Origin: Candidatus Saccharimonadota bacterium | GTDB lineage: Bacteria; Patescibacteriota; Patescibacteriia; 2-12-FULL-60-25 | Assembly (NCBI GenBank): GCA_963718585.1 | Contig: OY970357.1 | Coordinates: forward strand, 90,001 to 122,000 | Direction of reading: 5' to 3' | DNA length: 32,000 bases | Shown here: positions 1-6,842 of the stretch, piece by piece | Numbering within the stretch: the stretch's first letter is position 1 | Layout: each line of letters begins with the position of its first letter | Position numbers and translations under genes: made by a program | The notes under the pieces: model-generated | What the model saw: only the letters and a program-made list of their open reading frames with translations | Database searches by the model: none | Told to the model about the DNA's origin: nothing

Positions 1-20
1 AGCCCATTGAAGAATGATAC

Positions 21-52
21 AAAACACCCCGCCGGAGCGGGGTGTTTTTTTT
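21..52. terminator. Bidirectional intrinsic terminator hairpin
   Basis: Stem CACCCCGC / loop CGGA / stem GCGGGGTG (25-44). An A-run precedes it and a T-run (45-52) follows. It lies just downstream of the minus-strand RNase J stop at 90. Confidence 0.6.
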
Positions 53-89
53 GGATGCGGATCCTGAAACGAGTTCAGGATGGCACGTG

Positions 90-2237
90 TTACGCCTCGA
101 CAAGGATCGGGAGGATCATCGGGCGGCGCTGGGTCTTGTGGTAGAGGAACTCGCCGAGTTCCTCGCGGATCTTATCCTTGAGGTACATCGCGTTTGCGCT
201 GGAGCGCGGGTCGTCGTCCTTGAGGACCTGTGCGACCTTTTTGCGTGCCGCGTCGATGAGTTCCGTGTGTTCCTTCATGTAGATGAAGCCGCGGGAGATC
301 AGGTCCGGCATCTGCAGGAGCTTACCCGTCTTGTCCGAGACGACTGCGAGCACGATCACGACGCCATCGCCGGCGAGTTCTTGCCGGTCGCGGAGGATGA
401 CGTGGTTCGTGTCACCGACACCGAGTCCATCCACGAAGACATATGATGTGTCGACCTTCTTGTTCGTCAGCTGGCCGTTGCCTTTACCGTCGAATTCCAT
501 GATCTGACCATTGTCCGCGATCATTGCGCGTTCGCGCGGGAAGCCTGCAGCCACGGCCGCGTTCACGTGTTCACAAAGGAAGGCGTAATGTCCCTCGATC
601 GGGATGAGGTATTTCGGTTTCACCATCTTGTGCATCTCGACGAGGTCCTCCTGCTTGGCGTGACCGCCGGCATGGACGTCCATCATCTTGTAATGGATGA
701 CCTTTGCACCTTCGCGGTACAGCGTGTCTTTGACGCGTTGGACCGACCGCTCGTTGCCAGGGATGACGGACGAGGAGAATACGACGGTGTCACCCGGTTC
801 GATCTCGAGGAACGGATGTTCCCGGTTGGCGATGCGCATGAGGACAGCGCGCTCTTCTCCCTGCGCGCCCGTGCAGACGATCGCGACTTTCTCTGGAGGG
901 AGTTTGACCGCCTCGCGGGTGTCGATGAGCGTGCCTTTTTGGATCTTCATGTATCCCAGTTCCTGGGAGATGGCGACGTTCGAGCGCATGGAAAAGCCCT
1001 CGACCGCGACCTTTCGGCCGGCGCGTTCGCACGCGATGATGATCTGCTGGATACGCGCGATCATGGACGCGAACGTCCCGATGATGATCTTGCCTTTGGC
1101 ATTCGCGATGATCTCGTCGATGTTCGTCTGGATCTCATGTTCCGGCAACTGGCGGCCCGCTTGGGTCGCGTTCGTCGAGTCGATCATGAGGGCGAGCACA
1201 TTGCGATCACCAAGCTTTTTGATCTTTTCTGTCTCCTGCACGGATTGTGCACCTGGTTCCGGATCAAGCTTGAAGTCGCCCGTATGCACGATGATCCCGC
1301 ACGGCGTGGTCACGATGACGCCCATCGAGGACGGTACGGAGTGTGCAACGCCGAAGAATTCGATCTCGAATTTTCCGAGGCGGAGGACGTCATCCGATTT
1401 GACGACGTGCATATTGAGCGGCGGTTTGTCGCGATGATCTTCCTGGCGCTTTTTGATGATCCCGCAGGTCAGATCCGTCGAGAACAACGGGGGATTGCCG
1501 AGTTTCGGCATGAGATGCGGAATGCCGCCGATGTGGTCGTAGTGTGCGTGCGTGATGATGACACCGCGAACGTTCTTCTCCTTCCCTTTGAGACAGGAGA
1601 TATTCGGGATGATGTAGTCCACGCCCGGCATGTCCTCGTCCGGGAATTGGAGACCCATGTCGATGAGGATGATGTCGTCGCCGTATTCCATCATGGTCAT
1701 GTTCCGGCCGACTTCCTCATTGCCGCCAAGGACCGCGATCTTGAGTCGTTCTTTCGCATCGCCCAAGAGGAGATCTTTGTCTGATCCGGTCTTGAGGTAT
1801 GGATTGTTCTTGAATGTCTGCATCCGCGGTTCGCGCTGGAAGGCACCGCCTCCACGGCCCATACGCTTGCCACCACGGCCGCGTTTGCCGCCGTGTTTCG
1901 GTCCCTCTTCCCGTGAAAAGCCTTGTTTGAGGGACATGCGTTTGATGTCCTTCGGGTGTGCGGGTTTGGCGTCCCTTTCGGACGAGTTGGGTCGCTTCCC
2001 GTTCTTCGCGATCGCTTTTTGGATCAGCGAGGACATGGGAGATGATGGAGCACCGCTGACTTCCAGGGCGCGTTTTGCCGCTTTTGCGAATGCGTCAGAA
2101 CCACCGGAACCTTCCGGTTTGGATGGTTTGCTCGGACGCGGAAAATGACGGCCGCGGGGGAATGGCTTGTGTCCACCGCCGGATGCGCCGGTGCCGGACG
2201 AAGACCCTTTGGACGGAGAAAAACCGATGGGGTTCAT
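90..2237 (-). CDS. rnj: RNase J family beta-CASP metallo-beta-lactamase ribonuclease with a basic low-complexity N-terminal extension
   Basis: The 732-aa ORF (90..2288) contains HAHYDHIGG (the HxHxDH motif), and the LKIAVLGGNEEVGRNM core begins about aa 181. I placed the start at the MNPIGF ATG (2237) because a CA-rich unstructured tract precedes it. A start at 2288 is also possible, and neither has a Shine-Dalgarno (SD) sequence. Confidence 0.85.
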   Translation of the reverse strand: MNPIGFSPSKGSSSGTGASGGGHKPFPRGRHFPRPSKPSKPEGSGGSDAFAKAAKRALEVSGAPSSPMSSLIQKAIAKNGKRPNSSERDAKPAHPKDIKRMSLKQGFSREEGPKHGGKRGRGGKRMGRGGGAFQREPRMQTFKNNPYLKTGSDKDLLLGDAKERLKIAVLGGNEEVGRNMTMMEYGDDIILIDMGLQFPDEDMPGVDYIIPNISCLKGKEKNVRGVIITHAHYDHIGGIPHLMPKLGNPPLFSTDLTCGIIKKRQEDHRDKPPLNMHVVKSDDVLRLGKFEIEFFGVAHSVPSSMGVIVTTPCGIIVHTGDFKLDPEPGAQSVQETEKIKKLGDRNVLALMIDSTNATQAGRQLPEHEIQTNIDEIIANAKGKIIIGTFASMIARIQQIIIACERAGRKVAVEGFSMRSNVAISQELGYMKIQKGTLIDTREAVKLPPEKVAIVCTGAQGEERAVLMRIANREHPFLEIEPGDTVVFSSSVIPGNERSVQRVKDTLYREGAKVIHYKMMDVHAGGHAKQEDLVEMHKMVKPKYLIPIEGHYAFLCEHVNAAVAAGFPRERAMIADNGQIMEFDGKGNGQLTNKKVDTSYVFVDGLGVGDTNHVILRDRQELAGDGVVIVLAVVSDKTGKLLQMPDLISRGFIYMKEHTELIDAARKKVAQVLKDDDPRSSANAMYLKDKIREELGEFLYHKTQRRPMILPILVEA

Positions 2238-2635
2238 AGTGTTGTTGTGTGTGCTGGTCTTCCGGAAACGGATTGTCCGCACCAGCATTCGCGATCAGGA
2301 TCCAAAAAAGGTTCAGGATCCCCAAAGACGAGAATGTGGTTCTGGTTCAATTGTCTCGGAAAGAACTAAGATTTTCGTTGGACGAAAATGGGTAAAAACG
2401 TGATTGAATGATGTATGAAATGGTGGGTGTACCTAAGGGCACAATCCCAGCCGCAAATGACGAGAATCTATTTCCAATACAGGATAATGTTGATGTTTAT
2501 TCTTCAAATGTCTGACTGGGACTGTGGGAAGGAGGATCTTCCGATCTTCCTTCATTTAGGCCTTACGGCCCGAATTCACGACCGTCGGAATTAGCTCAGT
2601 GATGGGCGAATCTGCGACGGGTGTGAATTGAGGAT
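2238..2635 (-). promoter_or_regulatory. Long (~400 nt) AT-richer structured 5' leader or candidate ncRNA upstream of rnj
   Basis: Lies between a consensus promoter and the rnj start. On the minus strand it has a 15-bp imperfect helix (AATTCACACCCGTCG...CGACGGTCGTGAATT) and two GNRA-capped hairpins (GGCC-GTAA-GGCC and GAAGGAAGATC-GGAA-GATCCTCCTTC). A GCTGGT...ACCAGC stem sits just before the start codon. Confidence 0.45.
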
Positions 2636-2641
2636 GCTCCT

Positions 2642-2670
2642 ATAATACCCTATATGAGGGATTTTGTCAA
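2642..2670 (-). promoter_or_regulatory. Sigma70-type promoter TTGACA-N17-TATTAT
   Basis: The minus strand reads TTGACAaaatccctcatatagggTATTAT. The -35 box is rc of 2665-2670, the -10 box is rc of 2642-2647, and the spacer is exactly 17 nt. Confidence 0.6.
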
Positions 2671-2704
2671 TGCCTGGTCGTCTTCGGTGTTGTGGATGAT
2701 CCGG

Positions 2705-2731
2705 TGAAAAAAACCCCGACCAAGTCGGGGG
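2705..2731 (-). terminator. Intrinsic terminator of the 2OG oxygenase gene
   Basis: Minus strand CCCCGAC-TTGG-GTCGGGG followed by TTTTTTT, 12 nt after the stop at 2743. Confidence 0.7.
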
Positions 2732-2742
2732 AGATGTGCGGA

Positions 2743-3498
2743 TCAGTGATCCGTATTGCGGATATGGGCGAAGAAGATGACGGCCCAGCGATCCTCCGCG
2801 GTCCCGTTCGTGGGGTCCACGACGTCGTGGACCAGGGCGGGAATGAGTCCGCGCGTGAGACGCTCCAGTTTTTGCCCTGCGAAGAGCAATGCTTCGTCCG
2901 GGACGGAACGGAATGATTCACGTGTGTCGCCGAGGCGGAGCGCCGGACGGCTTTCCGCGATCTGGAGGGTCAGACACGCACGGTCCGTATGGGCGCGCGC
3001 GATGTGAATTCCACGGTCGTAGCGTAGGATCCGGAGGACGTGGAGATCACCGGCGTCGCGGATACGTCGGACGAGGTCATGGCCGGGGAGCGCACCATCG
3101 AAGGCGTCGGCGAACGTGAGCGCCTGCTCAAGGCAGATCGCGTGGAGACGCGTGCAGACGGTGAGCAGATCCTCATGGGCCGAGGTGTGGACACTGTAGT
3201 CGGCAAGATGCGAGCGCAGGCTTGATCGATAGTGGAAGAGCCACTTGTCGTCTTTGTCTTCTCCTCCGCTACTGGTCTTGCGGATCAAGCCATCGTCCGG
3301 CTCATCATCCGGTTCGCCATCGCGGCTGATCTCGAGAGTCCATCGATCACGATCGGGATCCTCGATGAGTCGGCGAATGCCGGTGACGGCTTCGCGCGCA
3401 AGGCTCGAACTGACAAGCGGGACGTTGGTGCGCCCGCGGCGGATGAACTCGGCCGCTTGGGGGCCGAGATCGCCTTCTTCTGACGGGATGCAGAACAT
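2743..3498 (-). CDS. 2OG-Fe(II) oxygenase superfamily protein (isopenicillin-N-synthase-like)
   Basis: HxD...H facial triad candidates (AHTDRACLTLQ and ALVHDVV) with an RWAVIFFAH C-terminal strand. I chose the MFCIPSEEG ATG (3498) as the start because GGAGG lies 7 nt upstream. Confidence 0.6.
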   Translation of the reverse strand: MFCIPSEEGDLGPQAAEFIRRGRTNVPLVSSSLAREAVTGIRRLIEDPDRDRWTLEISRDGEPDDEPDDGLIRKTSSGGEDKDDKWLFHYRSSLRSHLADYSVHTSAHEDLLTVCTRLHAICLEQALTFADAFDGALPGHDLVRRIRDAGDLHVLRILRYDRGIHIARAHTDRACLTLQIAESRPALRLGDTRESFRSVPDEALLFAGQKLERLTRGLIPALVHDVVDPTNGTAEDRWAVIFFAHIRNTDH

Positions 3499-3637
3499 CT
3501 CTGACCTCCAGGGTGAAAGGGCTCCCAGTAGTATGGGAGCCCTGCACGCGATGGGCAAATGGTGACGAGGTGCGTCTTGACCGACATCCGAAAATAGCGC
3601 ATCATCACGGGGCGATTGACCCTCCTAACAGGAGGGT

Positions 3638-3738
3638 TCGAGCGAAACGAGGTTGCGGAGCGTAGCGGAGCAAAACGCAGGCGTCGCGCAGACCCAAGTG
3701 AAGCCGCATCAGCGGATGAACGGGTGGTCAACGCGACC
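3638..3738 (+). repeat. tRNA-leader element, copy A (upstream of tRNA-Leu)
   Basis: Shares the exact blocks GTCGCGCAGACCCAAGTGA and GAACGGGTGGTCAACGCGAC with copy B (28462-28562). An internal hairpin is present, and the element ends 11 nt before the tRNA 5' end. Confidence 0.8.
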
Positions 3739-3748
3739 AGCCGAGTAC

Positions 3749-3817
<69 letters not shown>

Positions 3818-3835
<18 letters not shown>

Positions 3836-3914
3836 CATCAAAAAACCCCGACAGGGGTTTTTTGATGTGGAGAGACGAGAACGGGAAAGGGTGAAAACGG
3901 AAGTTTTCACATGC
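3818..3914 (+). repeat. 97-nt direct repeat, copy 1 (last 18 nt of tRNA-Leu + terminator + start of trailer core)
   Basis: Aligns ungapped with 3979-4075 with 4 mismatched positions. The period is 161 nt. Confidence 0.9.
3836..3867. terminator. Terminator hairpin directly abutting the tRNA-Leu CCA
   Basis: Perfect 14-bp stem CATCAAAAAACCCC-GACA-GGGGTTTTTTGATG. A/T runs inside the stem would let it work in both orientations. Confidence 0.7.
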
Positions 3915-3978
3915 GGAGGAAGGTCTGCGGAAACCCGAAGGTTTCCGCAAAGGCGCGCGAATGCGCGTCCGGTGAGAT

Positions 3979-4075
3979 GTCTCTCCCCGCCCACCACATC
4001 AAAAAACCCCGACAGGGGTTTTTGATTGTGGAGAGACGGGAACGGGAAAGGGTGAAAACGGAAGTTTTCACATGC
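3979..4075 (+). repeat. 97-nt direct repeat, copy 2 (orphan tRNA-Leu 3' fragment + terminator + trailer core)
   Basis: GTCTCTCCCCGCCCACCA (3979-3996) is identical to the tRNA-Leu 3' end. A near-identical terminator and the GGAGAGACGGGAACGGGAAAGGGTGAAAACGGAAGTTTTCAC segment follow. Confidence 0.9.
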
Positions 4076-4081
4076 CAAAAT

Positions 4082-4528
4082 TTACACGACCAACGTCGCC
4101 ACGAAAGCGATGATGAGATAGGTGAACAGGTTGTAGAAGCTGTCAGAGAAGAATTTCTTCCAAGCGAGCCCTCTTTCATAGTTGCCCCAGAGGATATTCT
4201 GACCGATCATCGGGACCGTAAAAGCGATCCAGATGGAGAGAACATAGAAATAGACCGCGTTGGCCGGTCCGCCGCTTTGAATGGTATAGCTTGTGACAAA
4301 CCCGATGAAAAGGGATGTAAGAAGTGAGAACAGCAGCTGAGCTGAATAGCTTTTCCACATCTTCGGTTTCATTTCCGCCATCCGTTTCTTCCTCTCTTCA
4401 TTTGAAAGTTTATCAAAACCAACAGATCGTATGTGCCATTTTCCCATGGGAGTAGATCCGGAATACCAAAGCGTTCCGGTCACGGCACTGATGAGCGCGC
4501 CTAAGATGCCAACGAGAATGATCAACAT
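4082..4528 (-). CDS. DUF1761-family small membrane protein
   Basis: 148 aa with four hydrophobic segments. The N-terminal pattern (GxLWYS...GKW) is typical of DUF1761. The gene is visibly lower in GC than its neighbours. Confidence 0.55.
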   Translation of the reverse strand: MLIILVGILGALISAVTGTLWYSGSTPMGKWHIRSVGFDKLSNEERKKRMAEMKPKMWKSYSAQLLFSLLTSLFIGFVTSYTIQSGGPANAVYFYVLSIWIAFTVPMIGQNILWGNYERGLAWKKFFSDSFYNLFTYLIIAFVATLVV

Positions 4529-4601
4529 GGGAGAGAGATATTAGCGAAAGAATGCTTTACGGCCATTGCATCAGGCAACAGGATGACCCGTCTTCAGCGG
4601 A

Positions 4602-6464
4602 TCATTTCCATCGCCAGCCGGAATTCGTATACCAGCTCATGAGGCCGCCGAGGCGATCCGCCGGAGAGCTGATCAAAAGATGGTCTTGTACGCCTTTGAT
4701 GCCGGTCGCGACGATCTCATGGTGCATGGGTCGGAGGAGGAAGACGGCTGGAACGTCGTTCAGGATCGCGGCGCTCGCAGTTTGGCGGGCTTCTATGATG
4801 GCGTCGGTCGTTGTCGCGTCGCGGGAGGCTTCAAGAGCATCGTCGACGGTACGGTCTACGAGCGACGAGAAGTTATATCCGCGGTCAATGGCCTGCCCGC
4901 TCCACCAGAAGGGGAAGAGGTCCTGTGTCGGGCCAAGATAGACATTCAATAGGATGATCTGACCGTCACGATCTCTCGTTGCCTTACGGAGGAGGTCCTC
5001 GGTCGACAGGGTCTCGATGTCGACCTTCGCGCCGATGAGCGACCATTGACGTTTCAGCCGATCCGCGACGGTCAGGAGATCCGGTTCGTCCGCGACCGAG
5101 ATCGTCAGGCTCAATTCCGTCGAACTGGCTGTCGCGATCGGCGCTGTGCTCGAAGATGAGGTGTCCTTCGCTCCGCTCTTCGCGATCCGGATGTTCCCAT
5201 TCTGCGGAAGGACCCATCCATCATTTTCCAAGAGCGTGCGCGCACGGTCGACGTCCATGCCGGTCGTCGTCGTGTCGAGGAATGGGTACGGCCCCATCAC
5301 CGGTGTCGCGCCGCCGCCAAGGGCGTCGACGAGGTCTGGGCGATCTACAGCAAGGGAAAGGGCCGTTCGGACGTCCTTGTCTTTGAGCGTGCCGTCTTTG
5401 AGATCGAAGAACGCGACCGTCTCTTCCGGCAGTTCGAGCTTGAGGTCATGTGCGCGCGATGCAGATTCGGCCTTTTGTGCATCTGCCGTCGGAACGAAGG
5501 CGGCGCCTTCGACGAGGTCGGCCTTGGCTGCGTCGACGGCGGATTGGCGATCCGGATAGAACTGGAAGACCACGGTCTTGAGATAGGGGGCGAATCCGTA
5601 ATACCGATCGAATCGTTCCAAGGTATAGGAATGGATGTTGCCGTTATTGTCACGCAGAAAGGATTTGACGTGATACGGCCCCGAACCGATGGGTTTGAGA
5701 TTGAGGTCAGAGACACGCGCGTTCGCGGCAGAGACATCCTCCCAGAGGTGCGCCGGCAGGATACCGAAGGTCAGGGAGGAGAGGATCTGCGCATCTGGTC
5801 GGTCCAGCGTGAAGATGACGGTGTCATCACCTTGTGTCGAGACGGTCACGCCATGGAATTCCGCGGCGAGCGGACTCTTCCGCGCAGGATCCATCAGGCT
5901 GTCGAACGTGAATCGGACATCATCGGCCGTCAGGAGCTGTCCGTCATGGAAATAGACGTCGGGTCGCAGGTGGATCGTCAGCGTCTTCCGGTCATCAGAC
6001 CACTCATACGATTGGGCGATGTCCGGGATCGGGTTCAGTCCATCCATCCGGAAGAGTCCGGAGTAGACCAGGCGGACCAGGTCGGCGTCCACGTCATTTG
6101 CCGGTGCGTCGAGCGGATTGATGAACTTCGGTTGTCCGATCAACGCTTCGCTATAGGCGCCTCCGACGACCGGAACGTTCACGATGTGCCCTTTGGCGAA
6201 GACGAACCCTGCGGTTCCGAGAGCGATGACCGCGATCAGACAGGCGATGACGAGAAGTCTTCGCTCTGATGGATCGAAGACGCGTAGGGCGTAGCGGAAT
6301 TGTCGATAGCGGGGGAGACGTTGTGGCTCCGTGACCGCGATGACGAGCGCGTGGTCATGCCCGACCTCCGGTGGGTGTTCCTCGTTCACCTCAGACGATG
6401 GCAGCCAAAAGAACACCCGTTGGAGCGTGCGTCGGATCCGGCTGATGAGAGTAGAGGGATTCAT
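4602..6464 (-). CDS. ABC-transporter family-5 (peptide/nickel type) substrate-binding protein, N-terminally membrane anchored
   Basis: 620 aa with one TM helix (LLVIACLIAVIALGTAGFVFA) followed by an SBP_bac_5-like body. No permease or ATPase genes are adjacent. Confidence 0.7.
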   Translation of the reverse strand: MNPSTLISRIRRTLQRVFFWLPSSEVNEEHPPEVGHDHALVIAVTEPQRLPRYRQFRYALRVFDPSERRLLVIACLIAVIALGTAGFVFAKGHIVNVPVVGGAYSEALIGQPKFINPLDAPANDVDADLVRLVYSGLFRMDGLNPIPDIAQSYEWSDDRKTLTIHLRPDVYFHDGQLLTADDVRFTFDSLMDPARKSPLAAEFHGVTVSTQGDDTVIFTLDRPDAQILSSLTFGILPAHLWEDVSAANARVSDLNLKPIGSGPYHVKSFLRDNNGNIHSYTLERFDRYYGFAPYLKTVVFQFYPDRQSAVDAAKADLVEGAAFVPTADAQKAESASRAHDLKLELPEETVAFFDLKDGTLKDKDVRTALSLAVDRPDLVDALGGGATPVMGPYPFLDTTTTGMDVDRARTLLENDGWVLPQNGNIRIAKSGAKDTSSSSTAPIATASSTELSLTISVADEPDLLTVADRLKRQWSLIGAKVDIETLSTEDLLRKATRDRDGQIILLNVYLGPTQDLFPFWWSGQAIDRGYNFSSLVDRTVDDALEASRDATTTDAIIEARQTASAAILNDVPAVFLLRPMHHEIVATGIKGVQDHLLISSPADRLGGLMSWYTNSGWRWK

Positions 6465-6526
6465 GGTCGCTGACCGTCCCGCATACGACCGGGGTCACCC
6501 GGCTCGCGATGCGGAGGAAACATCGG

Positions 6527-6748
6527 TCACGCCAGGAGCGCGTTCAGGAGTGCGGTCACGAAGAAGAGGACCGACAGACCGATGCTTGCGTAGTAGAGGC
6601 CTTTTTCGATGCCGCGCTTCGTCCGGAAGACGTCACTCGCGCCGCCAAAGGCCGCGCCAAGTCCGGAGCCGCGCTGCTGGAGCAGGATCGTGGTGATCAG
6701 GAGGATCGACACCAGGATCTGGATGCCGGCGAGCAAAAGGGTTCGCAT
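6527..6748 (-). CDS. secG: Preprotein translocase subunit SecG
   Basis: The 73-aa C-terminal part of ORF 6527..7141 starts at MRTLLLAGIQ. It has two TM helices flanking the LLQQRGSGLGAAFGG motif. The upstream part of the ORF is Arg-rich shadow sequence. Confidence 0.8.
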   Translation of the reverse strand: MRTLLLAGIQILVSILLITTILLQQRGSGLGAAFGGASDVFRTKRGIEKGLYYASIGLSVLFFVTALLNALLA

Positions 6749-6826
6749 AGAAGTGTGGCTTGCACGGTACCGCCGGACCCGCTGTCGGTCAAGTCGGTGT
6801 CGGCGACGAGCTGAGCCGTCCTTTTG

Positions 6827-6835
6827 TGCTACACT
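6827..6835 (+). promoter_or_regulatory. Extended -10 promoter (TGcTACACT) placed for leaderless transcription of the DsbA-like gene
   Basis: TGC+TACACT ends 7 nt before the ATG at 6843. There is no SD and no strong -35. Confidence 0.4.
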
Positions 6836-6842
6836 CAGCCAT

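Noticed and set aside
567-1784. 405-aa plus-strand ORF (and 697..1437) overlapping rnj
   Set aside because: It lies antisense to a clearly identified RNase J gene, is rich in Arg/Asp/His, and has no motifs. This is the typical shadow ORF of GC-rich DNA. The same reasoning applies to 5448..6269, 7627..8634, 8696..9763, 12510..13595, 14881..16206, 16203..16973, 18226..19095, 21124..21708, 23061..24272, 24657..25283, 25995..26501, 26785..27282 and 30448..31005.
2409-2516. 35-codon plus-strand ORF (MMYEMVGVPKG...) in the rnj upstream region
   Set aside because: It has no SD or promoter, lies opposite to both neighbouring genes, and sits inside the predicted minus-strand leader.
3715-3738. T-box-like string GGGUGGUCAACGCG in leader-element copies A, B and D (the T-box core is GGGUGGUACCGCG; UGGU could pair with the ACCA ends of the adjacent tRNAs)
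   Set aside because: The element is only 65-100 nt and lacks a Stem I/specifier domain. It precedes tRNA genes rather than aaRS or biosynthesis genes. Copy C lacks the string, and part of it is predicted to be paired (GACC/GGUC). The similarity is noted but is insufficient to call a T-box.
4529-4545. GGGAGAGAGA next to the DUF1761 start, resembling the inverted tRNA-Leu T-arm piece (GGAGAGACGAGA)
   Set aside because: Only about 8 nt of purine-rich similarity, which is not distinguishable from chance.
6609-6842. N-terminal 78 codons of ORF 6609..7613 and the upstream part of ORF 6527..7141
   Set aside because: These mutually antisense extensions overlap secG or the DsbA-like gene. The SecG and DsbA-like products have natural starts at 6748 and 6843, with a divergent promoter region between them.
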